A stretch of DNA of 63,238 nucleotides, the filler included, from Octopus bimaculoides (Eukaryota): assembly GCF_001194135.2 (NCBI RefSeq). It is 7 parts of 7 records of this genome, joined end to end, with 100 filler letters (N's around TTAATTAATTAA, not from the genome) between each part and the next. Parts side by side here need not be neighbours in the genome. Positions count along the whole stretch, not along the records: positions 1 to 12,044 come from NC_068986.1; positions 12,145 to 42,543 come from NC_068993.1; 5 more parts are not named here. One strand, given 5' to 3'. Numbering within the stretch: position 1 is the first letter of the stretch; the number at the start of each line of letters is the position of its first letter. Below are positions 1 through 12,499 of the stretch, piece after piece. The notes below the pieces were generated by a model. It made no database searches, was not told the origin of the DNA, and saw only the letters and a list, made by a program, of their open reading frames with translations. Made by a program: the position numbers and the translations under genes.

Positions 1-20
1 CTTCCTCCTCCTCCTCCTCC

Positions 21-65
<45 letters not shown>
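1..65. repeat. (CCT)n/(CAT)n compound microsatellite
   Basis: Directly visible trinucleotide runs. Confidence 0.95.
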
Positions 66-66
<1 letters not shown>

Positions 67-353
67 TGGTGTTCGGTTTTTGACAGTCTTTTTTTTAGTA
101 GACATTTTTTTGATTAGAAATATTATTAAGTAATAGTCAAATGAAATTATAAATGCTGTGTCCTGTCAGTGTTAATGCTGAAATTCCGACGCTATATTAC
201 ATGAATGGAAGGCAAGGCAAATGTAAGTAATAGTCTAATGAAATTACAAATGCTGTCTCCTGTCAGTCAGATTTAGGCTTACTCATCCTGTATGTGTGTA
301 TTTCATGTGATCATTGGAGTAGAAAAAAGATGGATTTCAAATACGAATTTCTG

Positions 354-417
354 TTTGTTCTTCAAGTTGCAATCCAGCAACTTTTAGTGTTTGACCCTGA
401 CTTTTATTAATGCTCAT
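354..417 (-). mobile_element. Helitron PIF1-type helicase C-terminal motif fragment
   Basis: Minus strand translates MSINKSQGQTLKVAGLQLEEQ, matching the Helitron/PIF1 AMTINKSQGQTL motif. Confidence 0.85.
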
Positions 418-439
418 ATCAGAACCGAGAAGCTAGAAG

Positions 440-715
440 AATGGGTATATCATATAGAAGACTAGTTTTACGGAATCCAGGTGACTGCGATGGCACTGAA
501 AAAGCTACAGGTCAAATGGAACATCCATTTGTCACTGTTCCTTTTGACGTTTGAATAGAGTGTATGTTGTGAATGAAGTTAGAAGAATAACTATATCATA
601 TAGAAGAATAGCTTTAGAAAATCCAGGTGACTGTGCGATGACACTGAGAAGACCACAGGTGAAGTGGAAGACCCATTTGTCATGGTTTCTCTTGACATTT
701 GAATAGGCCGTATGC
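440..715. repeat. Diverged ~150-bp tandem duplication
   Basis: tatatcatatagaaga..atccaggtgactg..ccatttgtca..ttgaatag occurs at ~445-565 and ~590-712. Confidence 0.75.
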
Positions 716-1134
716 CCAAGGAGAATTGAAAGATTCAATTTCGAATCTGAACCAGGGTGAGACTACGACTACAGATTTAGGTTTGCACGTGTATCATCCT
801 CGTTTTTTGCTGCACGTCGTGCGTTTGTTTGGTGTTCATTTTTTGACAGTCTTTTTTTTTTGTAGGAGTCGTTCTTTTTATTAGGAATATCAGTAAGTAA
901 TAGTCAAATGAAATTACAAATGCTGTGTCCTGTTAATGTTAGTGCTGAAATTCCGATGTTATATTACAGGAACAGAAGGCAAGGCAACAGTAAGTAATAG
1001 TCCAATGAAATTACAAATGCTGTCTCCTGTCATTCAAATTTAGATTTACTCGTCCTGTATGTGTGTATTATATAAGAGAAAAACATGTAATAATTGAAGT
1101 AGAAAAAGATGGATTTCAAATACGAACTTCTGTT

Positions 1135-1397
1135 TGTTCTTCAAGTTGCAATCTAGCAACTTTTAGTGTTTCGCCTTGATTTTTATTAATGGTCATGGGA
1201 ATAGAAAGTGGGATAGGCAACTGTAAGAGCTTTAATTTGAATGGGACACTAGATGATATAACTGATATGCGAGGAACGAAGACGGTGTCACGTTTACCAC
1301 AACCAGTGAGAATATTTGCCTCAATGCAGTTCGTCATAGGTTTGGGCACAATTCGTGTTGCTTCCCTTGAACCATTTACTTTCACTTTATGGGACAA
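1135..1397 (-). mobile_element. Helitron Rep/Hel helicase C-terminal remnant
   Basis: Translation ..IEANILTGCGKRDTVFVPRISVISSSVPFKLKLLQLPIPLSIPMTINKNQGETLKVARLQLEE matches the Helitron consensus IEATILTG..G..VFIPRI....PF.FKR.QFP..L.FAMTINKSQGQTL. Confidence 0.9.
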
Positions 1398-1814
1398 ACA
1401 AACACAAACGGAGAGAATCTCTCTTTTATATATATAAATTATGTCTATTTTGATCGTCGATCAGAACAGAGATAAATCTATCCATACTAAGCATATTGGA
1501 TCTATGAATAAAAAAATGTCCGGACAGTTACTCAACACGACTTTAATATATAAAAAAGAACAAAATTTTGGTAAAATTTGGCAATTATAACTGGATCAAT
1601 TATTTTGAAGGCCTTTTTGCAATGGTTTATTCAGTTGTGGAAAGTCAGGTCCCCATGACCCTTTTCAGGGTCCCAGTAACTTGTGTTAGGAGTGTAGAAT
1701 TTTACCTGCAGACTGGCAACACGCCTAAAAAGTTTCCATAGCGATAGTATTAAGTTGGACAACAGAATAAGTTTACCATTCAAGAATAGGAATGGTCACT
1801 CCGACAGGCTCGCC

Positions 1815-1963
1815 ACACAGTTTCTGCCTACACCCCAAATTTCACTGAGAAGTCTTTGGTCGACCCGGTGCCATGGTAGAAGATACTTGCATAAAATAAC
1901 ACGCAGTGGGATTGACCCAGAGACCACGTTGTTGCGAAGCAAACTTCTTAGTCACAAAGTCAC
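1815..1963 (-). mobile_element. tRNA-derived SINE, family A head (degenerate)
   Basis: Reverse complement aligns with copies at 59555-59673 and 62962-63130. Confidence 0.75.
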
Positions 1964-3889
1964 ATCTACATATACGCTAAATACAAAGTAATACGTCTTC
2001 ATTCTCAGACAACTGTATCTTTGTTTCCCCATAAAACAGTGAATGTGAAATTTAACAAGCTAACTTTGAGTTCCCTTTGCAGCATACTAACAAAGTTGTA
2101 AAAGAAGAGAAAAAAAACATTTATATTATTTGTATAGATAATAAATTCTGCTTCCTATGCCACAATGTGTAGTTTTGATCACATCGAACGTACGACTCCT
2201 GTTGCATGAATGCAATTTCAGCAAAATAATTTAACAATGTTGCTATGTAATTAATATTAAGGCGATGAGTTCAGTCGAGGCCATCTTCGCCTTTTACTGT
2301 TCCGAGATCGATATAATACAGAACGAGTCAAGTAATTGATTGTATCTCTTTCCCTCCGTATTTGTGGCCTTGTGCCAATGTTAGAATTCAATATTAAAGG
2401 AATGAAGGATAGTGAAATGGCAATATCGGTAGAACGTCGGACAAAATACTTTGCAGTTTTGAGTTGCAGTCCTTTACTGTTTGTGCTTAAATTCCACCGA
2501 TATCAACTTTGCGTTTCATTCTTCTGAGTTCGATAAAATAAAATACTAGTTAAGTTTTGAGGAACAATGTAAACGACTATATTCTATTCTCCCAAATTTG
2601 CCTTTATTAGAAATAAATATTAAGGCCAATAAAAAGGCGGTGAAAATCGACAGAAATTCCGACAAAATAACTTGCATCATTTTGTTATGTCTCTTTATGT
2701 TATTAGTTCAGATCTTGCTAGGGTCAATTCAGTCTACAGTCTTTTTCACCTGAGTGAATCCAATTAGCTGTCTTAGTCCTATTCACCAAAGTGTGTCTAA
2801 TCGGCTATAACCTCTTCCAAAATGTGTCCATGCACATTTGACAGAAATTAGTTATTGTATTAATATGGCACTTGTGTTATTGATTAACTTCGGACCAATC
2901 TTGATTGATCAGAACCATGACTGAGAGCATTCCATCTGCTACATTATCAAATATGCTTAACATTTCCTTTTGAAGTTGTCGGTGAGATATGATTTGGTTA
3001 CTTTTTCTTGCAGATCTGACGACTATGTAGAGGCACTCTCAATGTTTCGTGGGTACTGATTTGGAAGGACAGTAACAATGGATTATATACATCTGTAGTA
3101 ATTAATAACCTCTTTAGATAATGTGTAAAATTTCTTGTTAAGGTCAGATTTGATTATTATCCTTATAAAGTCGATAAAATAAATTCAGGTGTTAATTCAA
3201 TCGATTAATACCACCGAAAAGATTCATAAAAAATTTTTTGCCTTGCCTAGCCAAAGAAAATCGTTATCGAGTGTATATATAATTTTAAAGTCAACACAAC
3301 AGACCCCAGTAAGCAATATATTTTGTCTGAGACAGCTGGGAATTTCTGATTTTGTTTTTACAGTAAACTACCTCTTTTTATTTATCTTTCTTTCTCTATT
3401 TCTGTCTCTCCACTATTCTACACTTGTGTCTCCGTTTCAAACTCTCGGTCTTGAGAACTCCTGTCTTTCTTACTTAACCGTTATCTTTATCTCTCAATTT
3501 CTAACTCTCAACTTTTGTGTCTCACCCACTTTTTTTCTCTTACCTTACTTCTACTTCCCACCCTTTGTACCTCACCCTTTCCTTTCCCTATTTCTAGCTC
3601 TCAGCATTTCTATTTCTCCTTTTTTTTTTATCGCTCTGCACTGATTATCTCCTCTTAGTGTTACTTCTGAAGAGAAAACGTTTCAAAATGAGACATACTT
3701 TTCAAAATCTAAAGCAACTGTTAAAATTCAATATCAGCAAAACTAATTACCAATCTATTTTAGCTTAACATATCTCAGCGGTGTTGTGTATATTAAATTA
3801 AGCATATCTCACTGAATATTTTGGAATTGCCTATGATATAGCAATAAGATAAATATAGATTATTAAATTGCATAAGCAATAAACAATTA

Positions 3890-4095
3890 CACACCAAATG
3901 AGAGAGCCTGTGCATAATCACTCGACCTGCAAAATATAGCTGCCAGATTTCTTTCAAATTACATTCTACTTATATAAGTGCAGGATATTAGATACAGTAG
4001 TATTGTATACTAAAAGAACAGGTTGATCATGACTGGAATGTTTTAGATCATAGGTCTCTACTCGATCGAGTTCGGCCTATGGTTAAACAGCAATA
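3890..4095 (-). repeat. Old interspersed repeat, family F
   Basis: Reverse complement shares tagaatgtaatttga..at(t/c)tggc..ctat..gcaggtcgag with 57640-57890 and 34310-34470. Confidence 0.55.
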
Positions 4096-4596
4096 TAAGT
4101 GATTTAGCACTTCTACGCGATTTTCTCGAAAGCCCTATATTTGTATTTCAAAATCATTGTGTGCATTTTTGTATTTCACGAATATCAAACACACACGCGC
4201 GCGCACTTTTATTTGTAACTGGAAATTTCGTTTTAACATTATAACTTGAAGTTTCACCATCACTTGCTCGTCACACTCCGACATGCAGAGATAAATCAAA
4301 TGGGGTTCTGTGTGATAGCTTGGACATGTTGCTTTTTCTGCTCTGTGTAGTCTATTTCTTCAGTCGTAGATAGCTTCTACGATACAGCCGTAAGTGATGT
4401 GGACAAATAGGACATGGTCTAGACACAACAGTTGTTTTTCCTCTATCAACGATTACTAACGACCGACTTTTAAACTGAACATAGCTAAGACTTCATTTAT
4501 TGTGGACACCTCGTCGAGCAGACACTTATACAATTATTCTCATGTCTGTCAAACTGAGAGTAATGGCCGTAAACAGCATCAAGTGTCTACCTACGA

Positions 4597-4640
<44 letters not shown>

Positions 4641-4649
4641 ACACATGTA

Positions 4650-4830
4650 ATGATTCCTAACAGAGGCACAAAACTACGCATTTCGGGAGAAGAGACGGTC
4701 ATTTTATCAACTTCAGTACTTGTTTTTATTGACTTTGAACGGATGGCAGTCAAAATCGATTTTGGCAAAATTCAAACTTAGAACGTAACTAAATACCGCT
4801 CAACCGATTCTGCTAATTCACCATCTCTTA
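4650..4830 (-). mobile_element. tRNA-derived SINE, family B (degenerate)
   Basis: Reverse complement has gcagaatcg..tacgttctaagtttgaatt..ataaa..aagtac..ttgtgcct, as in the copy at 61735. Confidence 0.65.
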
Positions 4831-6059
4831 CACCCTCATTGTTAAAATANNNNNNNNNNNNNNNNNNNNNNNNNNNNNNNNNNNNNNNNNNNNNNNNNNN
4901 NNNNNNNNNNNNNNNNNNNNNNNNNNNNNNNNNNNNNNNNNNNNNNNNNNNNNNNNNNNNNNNNNNNNNNNNNNNNNNNNNNNNNNNNNNNNNNNNNNNN
5001 NNNNNNNNNNNNNNNNNNNNNNNNNNNNNNNNNNNNNNNNNNNNNNNNNNNNNNNNNNNNNNNNNNNNNNNNNNNNNNNNNNNNNNNNNNNNNNNNNNNN
5101 NNNNNNNNNNNNNNNNNNNNNNNNNNNNNNNNNNNNNNNNNNNNNNNNNNNNNNNNNNNNNNNNNNNNNNNNNNNNNNNNNNNNNNNNNNNNNNNNNNNN
5201 NNNNNNNNNNNNNNNNNNNNNNNNNNNNNNNNNNNNNNNNNNNNNNNNNNNNNNNNNNNNNNNNNNNNNNNNNNNNNNNNNNNNNNNNNNNNNNNNNNNN
5301 NNNNNNNNNNNNNNNNNNNNNNNNNNNNNNNNNNNNNNNNNNNNNNNNNNNNNNNNNNNNNNNNNNNNNNNNNNNNNNNNNNNNNNNNNNNNNNNNNNNN
5401 NNNNNNNNNNNNNNNNNNNNNNNNNNNNNNNNNNNNNNNNNNNNNNNNNNNNNNNNNNNNNNNNNNNNNNNNNNNNAAGTTTAAAAATAATAGGATCGAC
5501 CACTCACGACTAGCTAGCGCGGACGCGAGTACCCTTATACTTTGTGTTGTGTTTTCAAACGCATGGATATAGGTGTCGAATTTGTTCCAATAACTTTCGA
5601 GTAATAGATAGATAGAGAGAGAGAGAGAGACAGACAGACATATAGCTCGCTCCGGCCAGTCATGGTATTAGCTGTCAGTAGCCAAAGAATCGACAGACCA
5701 GCAACAGGCATGCAGGCAGACAGACAGATACTTCACTAGCAGTGAGCACTTTCACTTCTGACAGCTAATAGCATGATAGTGCCAAATAATGATTTCTTAC
5801 ATCATAGAAGTATGTATACTTACTATGAAAAATGATAACATTGATGATGATGATGTTAACCATAATAGTCCTGCATGCAATGGCGCATTGTAATGACATC
5901 AAGTGGATCAAGATTAAGCCTACCTATGCTCAAACAATATTACCGTTACGCCACCACCACTATCAGTTTCTTTTTTGTCTTTGGTCCACTCTAACATCAG
6001 AGTTCTTTTCCTATCCGACTCATTCATAATCAAATCTTGATTTTTTTTTTTGTCTTGTG

Positions 6060-6310
6060 AACGCTCTCTCCCGCTGATATGAATTAATACTGCTTCTGTG
6101 GCTAATAATAAATTTCTTTCCAGTCTGTCGGCTAAATGCAACATCAGTAACCTTTCAAACATTATCTAACTATATTATATCAGTTAGTGGCCGATGTTTG
6201 CTTGACATGAGGTGACATGAATACTTGCTGCTCAAGATGCTAACAAGCAGAAATCCGGATCCAGCGACTCTACCATCAATGTTGGGTGACCTTCGTCTGC
6301 TACTGACATT
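6060..6310 (-). mobile_element. Possible decayed non-LTR retrotransposon RT fragment
   Basis: Minus-strand pieces KHRPLT and MFERLLMLHLADRLERNLLL resemble the LINE RT motifs YRPISLL..K.FERL...L...LE; frameshifted. Confidence 0.35.
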
Positions 6311-6824
6311 TTTCTGTTTTTAACACCATATGTTAATAAGGGATAACTTTCTCAAGACTGTAGTTTCGTAAGGCTTTCAACATATACACACATACTTTAA
6401 GTATATATACCGATCACTAATTGATTATTTTTTCTTCAAATTCTTTAGTTTCTACATTACTCTTTCCTTATACATATGGATACAAACAGTCACAACATTC
6501 GACTCTTCTACTCACACGCTCATACATCCATACTAATGTACTTACACACGCTCACCAACATCTACCTGCTATTTGCTGCGGTGTCAGTAGTGATGGTAAT
6601 GACAGCGGAAGCAGTTGTGGCCATAGTGGTTGTGGTACTGGCAGTAGTAATTATGGTACCGACAGTAGTGGTGATATCGTTAATGATAGTAATGGTGATG
6701 ATTGGTAGAACCTATAGTCTCAGTTGTGATGAGAGTGGTGATGGTAGCCGCGACTGTGATAATAGCTGTTGTGATGGTCGTGGTGCTTGTAGTTATAGTG
6801 ATACTAGTAGTGGTGGACTGTTGC

Positions 6825-6975
6825 TTCACTCCATTCAGTTGGCGAAAATGAGTAATACCTGTATTTCAAAGGGTCAGCCTTGTCACATTTTGTGTCACGC
6901 TGAATCTCCTTGAAAATTACGTTAAGGGTATGAGTGCCTGTGGGGTGCTCAGCTAGTTGCACGTTAATTTCACAA
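6825..6975 (+). mobile_element. SINE family D/E, 3' portion
   Basis: cctgtatttcaaagggtcagccttgtcac..cacgctgaatctcc..cacgttaatttcac is shared with 54288-54595 and 58380-58575. Confidence 0.8.
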
Positions 6976-7394
6976 GCTCTCTTTCTTTACCTCTCTCTCT
7001 TTCTTTACCTCTCTCTCTCCCACTGTCGGCGGTTCGTATCACACAACATTAAGGGATCTACTCATACAGCTCTAAACAGAATCGTAAGCAACGTGTAGAT
7101 GTGTGCATATATATATGTATATATATATATATACACACACATACATAATAAAATAATAAATCTCTGAACGAGGTATAAACAGTAGCTGCACGGGCAAATA
7201 TACTTCACGTTATATATATATATATATATATATNNNNNNNNNNNNNNNNNNNNNNNNNNNNNNNNNNNNNNNNNNNNNNNNNNNNNNNNNNNNNNNNNNN
7301 NNNNNNNNNNNNNNNNNNNNNNNNNNNNNNNNAGAGTGAAAAAAACTAAAGAAGGCTTGTGTTATTTGGTTAAAGTATATATTTAAAATATGTC

Positions 7395-7433
7395 AGAAAA
7401 ATGTTAGAAAAATGTTAGAAAAATGTTAGAAAA
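7395..7433. repeat. 11-bp tandem repeat (AGAAAAATGTT)x3.5
   Basis: Directly visible. Confidence 0.85.
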
Positions 7434-8135
7434 TCTTTTTGGTATATAAACATTGTATTTTGAGAAATAACCGGTTTCGTGTTGTCTTTTCAAATTTCTC
7501 TACTTCATTGTGTCGTTCCAGTTCATCGGACAAAACTGTCCGATTAACGGGAACGTGAAACTCTGAGTAACAGCTTTTTGTTATATTTCTGCTGCTTTTA
7601 AATAAAGCATATTACACTACCTCTGGTATTTGAGTACTCTTTTTACCACCTTGTTTCACATTTATGTGCTTACTCAGGTACATATATATATATATATATA
7701 TATATAAGCATATGTGTGTGTGTATGTATGTATGTATGTATCTGTGTGTGTGTGTGTATGTGTGTGTAACAATTGTTATGTGGTGACAAGTAAAGAGGGT
7801 AAAAGTTGTATAATCCCGCATAAGTGAAAGGAGGAAAAGACAGATGTGCTCTCCCAGCGAGGAGCCAAATGAAAGAGATAGAATTGAGTTTGGACTGCGT
7901 ATTTATATATTTTTTCTAACTAAATTAGACCAGGCTAAACAGAAGATTTTTCGTCTGTTATCTGATATGAACTTTTGGTAATCGCAAATAGTTAAAGAAT
8001 AGAACGTATCTATGAGTGACAGTTGACTCATTAAATTCCTAAGTGCAAATGCCGAGAACAACAGAACGGAACTCATAGAAAAATCCTGACTAGGGTTTCG
8101 AATCCTGGCTAAGAATCTAGGAAGCGATTCGCTAC

Positions 8136-8173
<38 letters not shown>

Positions 8174-8802
8174 TAAATTCTCTAGTTGTAAAAGACAAAT
8201 GAAGGCTCAGTAAAATAAGCGGTAATCATGTTCTATGGATACACATGTGTCTCTTGAAGCCTGCTGGTGCCTTGCAAGCCTTTTGGCAAATGAAACAAGT
8301 TGAGGACTCAATTTGCTCGACTGCTTGAGGATCATTTACGACTTGGTTTCTTGAGTGGACGGCAAAGCCTGTTTTGGTCGTGCCACAAAACCACAATGAC
8401 AGGTAAGGTTTTCATTTAGAGGAACAACGTTTTGCCAGCGAGCCTTCATTATATGTATANNNNNNNNNNNNNNNNNNNNNNNNNNNNNNNNNNNNNNNNN
8501 NNNNNNNNNNNNNNNNNNNNNNNNNNNNNNNNNNNNNNNNNNNNNNNNNNNNNNNNNNNNNNNNNNNNNNNNNNNNNNNNNNNNNNNNNNNNNNNNNNNN
8601 NNNNNNNNNNNNNNNNNNNNNNNNNNNNNNNNNNNNNNNNNNNNNNNNNNNNNNNNNNNNNNNNNNNNNNNNNNNNNNNNNNNNNNNNNNNNNNNNNNNN
8701 NNNNNNNNNNNNNNNNNNNNNNNNNNNNNNNNNNNNNNNNNNNNNNNNNNNNNNNNNNNNNNNNNNNNNNNNNNNNNNNNNNNGATCTTATATATATATG
8801 TA

Positions 8803-8905
8803 TATAAGTAGCTTGCTTACCAACCACATGGTTCTGCGTGGCAGCTTGGGCAAGTGTCTTCTATTATAGCCTCGTGAGTGGATTTGGTAGACGGAAACTG
8901 AAAGG
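8803..8905 (+). mobile_element. tRNA-derived SINE, family A head (internally deleted)
   Basis: taagtagcttgcttaccaaccacatggttc..ttgggcaagtgtcttcta..gtgagtggatttggtagacggaaactgaaag. Confidence 0.85.
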
Positions 8906-9182
8906 AAACTGCTGGAGTCGTAGTCGACCATCCACCTTACCTAAAAATTACTGGCCTCGAAACTAATAATTATTGTTGTTGTCTAATGAAGTAACCCTAT
9001 CAAATAATGCTTGCATTGTTTGCATGGCAAATCCATTAGTTTTCAGCTGTGATTCCTTATGGTACCGACACTGGGTCCACCTTAGCCCGGAGACTTGACA
9101 GGGGCCCTGATAAGTCTCTACTTGTACTTTGGTGCTGAAATAACCGCACGATAACCGCCTCAGGAATGCATCTGAATTACCC

Positions 9183-10200
9183 TGTTGTCGGTTTCTCACA
9201 CGTGAGGATACACCCTACCGTAGAACTACACTTTTATTGAAGTATGTGTCTTGCCAGCTTGCATCTCATTTCTGCGCATCTTTTCGCCGGTTTGCACCTT
9301 GCTGTAGACATGCTTCTTGTTTAGGTTGTGCATCAGGCTGCACACAACCATTTATTTGTTGCCTCTCCGGACATCGTTGTACATATGCATCTTTGTGTTG
9401 TGCATATCGATATAGTAAATCTACTGCTTGATGAAATCTAGTTAATTTTCATTTTGTGACTGACATGCACCTTACTGTGGTTGTGCTCCAAGCTGTGCAA
9501 CTGCGCCTCGCTGGTGGTATAATTTTTGATGTTGATATGCACTCCTTGTGCAAAAGCATGTTGCTACATATCTGGAGTTCTGTGTCTCTTTGTGGATGAT
9601 ATGAATACTGCTGTATACGTAAGTCTTACAGTAGTCGTACAATAAACTTTTGTTGAATATCTTGCTTTGGCCTTGTATCTTACTATTGGTGTGCATTTTT
9701 TGCCGATGTTTCTTAGCAGACGGGATATTAGGCTGCAAGTTACAAGTGCATCTGGAATTGCAGTAATACCTCCCATCCTTGCACTGAGCCAACAGCTTGT
9801 TACAGTTCTGCTGTATCAGTGCAATTCACTACCCACCGTGAACCACTATTTCTCATGCCACATCTCACCTTTTTACCTGCCTCTCGCAACAACTTCAGAC
9901 ACAAGATAGTCCCTTGACAGAAATTTGCAAGCTGCAGTTTTGTTCTAGTCGTTTGCTGATTCAGCGCCGTTTGCATTTTATTCTCCTTTGTCTCTCGTTG
10001 TAGCTGAGTAATTTTCAGGAGTCTTGTCAGCAACCCACTCCGGCTTGATGGTGTATCTCCAGTCTTTTCTGTCTGAGAAGACCATTCTCGTGTCACCTCT
10101 ACATTCCCCTCCAGTCCATTTGTGACAAGTGTCCTTCCATCGAGGAGATTTTTCCTAATTTAAGAGGCTCCTCCTATTGTTTGCAACGAGGCTCCATTCA
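9183..10200 (-). mobile_element. Probable Ty3/Gypsy LTR-retrotransposon remnant (integrase C-terminus plus LTR-like end)
   Basis: Minus-strand translation TNGLEG..KTGDTPS..LLTRL..FCQG..MRNSGSRWV loosely follows the integrase C-terminal pattern SNG..TG.SP..R.LRTRL..F..GD.V.VRN...KW. AATAAA followed by ..ACAACA resembles an LTR end at 9183. GC is higher than in the flanks. Confidence 0.4.
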
Positions 10201-10823
10201 TGGTTGTTCTGGAATTCCATTCATTAACAGGGCTTCCCTTCCTAGAGTTGTGAGTTCAAATCCCGCCGAGGTAAATATTACTTTTCATTCGTCGAGACGA
10301 TAATATACTAAATAAATACTGGAGTCGATGATATCGACTAATCCTCAACCTCCAAATTTCAGGCTTTGTGCCTATGCTAGAAACAATAATTGTTATACTT
10401 CTAGAGCAGCAATTGATTTAATTGATTGTTCCCCCCCCCCCCAGCTATCTCCTTGCTTTTGTACTTATGTTAGAAAACTTTATTATTACTATCTCGATCA
10501 GTATTTTTATTTGTATTACTATTGCTGACGTTATATTTTGCTGTTATCATCGCTACAGCTATTTTTTTTAACCAGCGTTACTATTATTATGAGTGGTTGA
10601 TTGATCAAATATTTAATCAAACGACTTTGTTAATTAATGATTTATTACATTTTTCTTTCAAGTTTCCCTACCATTCGGCTTGCCCATTTTACATATCGTT
10701 CGGGTATTTTTTATGACAATCATATTTCATCTTTCTCTCTTTCCACCTCACTCACCCTTAAAGCTGTAATTAACTGCTGACTTTATTTCACCATATTACT
10801 CTTATCTTACCATTTACTTTTAT

Positions 10824-11570
10824 GTATTGGGTGCGCCGGGTATTTGTGAGCATAAATTAAGAAGTTTGTAAAATAGAAAATGAATTAACGTTATATTTCG
10901 CGGTATGCACCATATTTAAAATTTGTAATTTTTCCCTCAGAAGTATTGATAGCATTAACTTGACCGAATACAATCTTACAAAGGAAACGTGGCTAGGTCC
11001 TTCTTGTTCAGTGTCTGATAAAGAGACCGAGGCCTCTAGTGGGAAGTATTTTATCCGTGAGCGAGCTAGAAAAAGAAACGAATATCATAAACAAATCCTG
11101 TAAACCAACGATGGCCATCGCCAAGCAGCTCAAGATGTTGGAGTCTACTATCAGACGTGTGGTGCATGAAGACATTTAGTACAAATATCACGTGATGATA
11201 AGACTAGGACGAACTGTGTGATCATCTTACCCTCAACATGATGTGGTCTTCAAGCCCTCCTGATTTGAAATTCTGGACTACTGTACCTCAGAATAAGGGA
11301 TCCGCAGGTGGCCCCACGGTACTGAGGATTTGTTGAGACTACTGTCGTGGGCTTGGCAGGCATTAGAGGTGGGATCCACTTGATTCGAGAGAAACTGCAT
11401 CAGAAGCCATCATTACTGCAGACAGCAGTTTTGCTCAATAGATTGTTTATTTGATGTTTGTAGACGAATTACCGTGTTTACATTTTGTGGGGAGAATATT
11501 TTTCCGTTTGGGGTCTTTATTTTCGTCTGTGATTTGTTTCGATCTCGGAAACGTTATTAAACTGTTTAGG
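10824..11570 (+). mobile_element. Tc1/mariner (maT, DD37D-like) transposase remnant
   Basis: MAIAKQLKMLESTIRRVVHEDI*YKYHVM (HTH region, ~11110-11195), MWSSSPPDL..LDY (WPP.SPDLNPLDY motif, ~11240-11282) and EAIITADSSFAQ* C-terminus; large internal deletion and stops. Confidence 0.8.
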
Positions 11571-11796
11571 GCTATATATCTTTGACATACATTGCATCAT
11601 CTTCTAAAATAGAAGTTCTTTCTCACTCTACTTTTCTTTCTTTCTTCTTATCAATTATTTTTTCACTCGTTCACTTGCATTCGCTCGACTTTTATCACAC
11701 GGAATGTGTGTTCGTGTGCGTGTTTATGTGCGTATATGTGTATGTATGCATAAGAAGCTTTGTGTGTGTGTGTGTGTGTGTGTATATATAAAATGA

Positions 11797-11886
<90 letters not shown>

Positions 11887-11952
11887 GTACATATATATAT
11901 ACACGCACACACACACGCACACACGTGTGTGTGTGAGTGTGGGTGCATGTAT

Positions 11953-11993
<41 letters not shown>

Positions 11994-11995
11994 AG

Positions 11996-12036
<41 letters not shown>

Positions 12037-12044
12037 AGAGTAGA

Positions 12045-12144
12045 NNNNNNNNNNNNNNNNNNNNNNNNNNNNNNNNNNNNNNNNNNNNTTAATTAATTAA
12101 NNNNNNNNNNNNNNNNNNNNNNNNNNNNNNNNNNNNNNNNNNNN
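12045..12144. other. Artificial 100-bp scaffold linker N44-TTAATTAATTAA-N44
   Basis: Identical geometry occurs six times; the 12-mer places stop codons in all six frames. Confidence 0.95.
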
Positions 12145-12200
<56 letters not shown>

Positions 12201-12499
12201 GTGTGTATATATATATACGCCTATATGTATGTATGTATATATATATGTGTGTGAGTGTGTGTGTGTATGTGGGCATACACACACACACACACACACACGA
12301 GTGCGTGGTGTTGTTAACTGGTTTGTTAAAAGAATATTCAACAAGATCGTCTGACTGGGTGTCTCCCTAATAACAAGATTAATGACTTCTGCTCATGAAA
12401 ATTCAAATAAGTTACTCAATATCAAGACGGAACGCCGAATCAAATATGGATGACGGCAACAAACCTCAACACTGACATCCGACACTGCCACTAACACCA

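Larger units (their letters stand above)
66..1176. repeat. Diverged direct duplication of a ~350-bp unit (66-417 and 829-1176), each ending in Helitron helicase sequence
   Basis: Both copies run from ttggtgttc..tttgacagtc through an internally doubled aagtaatagtc..atgaaattacaaatgctgt motif to the helicase-coding end. Confidence 0.85.

Noticed and set aside
9472-9792. C2H2 zinc-finger-like pattern (YYCNSRC..KHRQKMHT)
   Set aside because: Spacing is off, there is no TGEKP linker and no further fingers.
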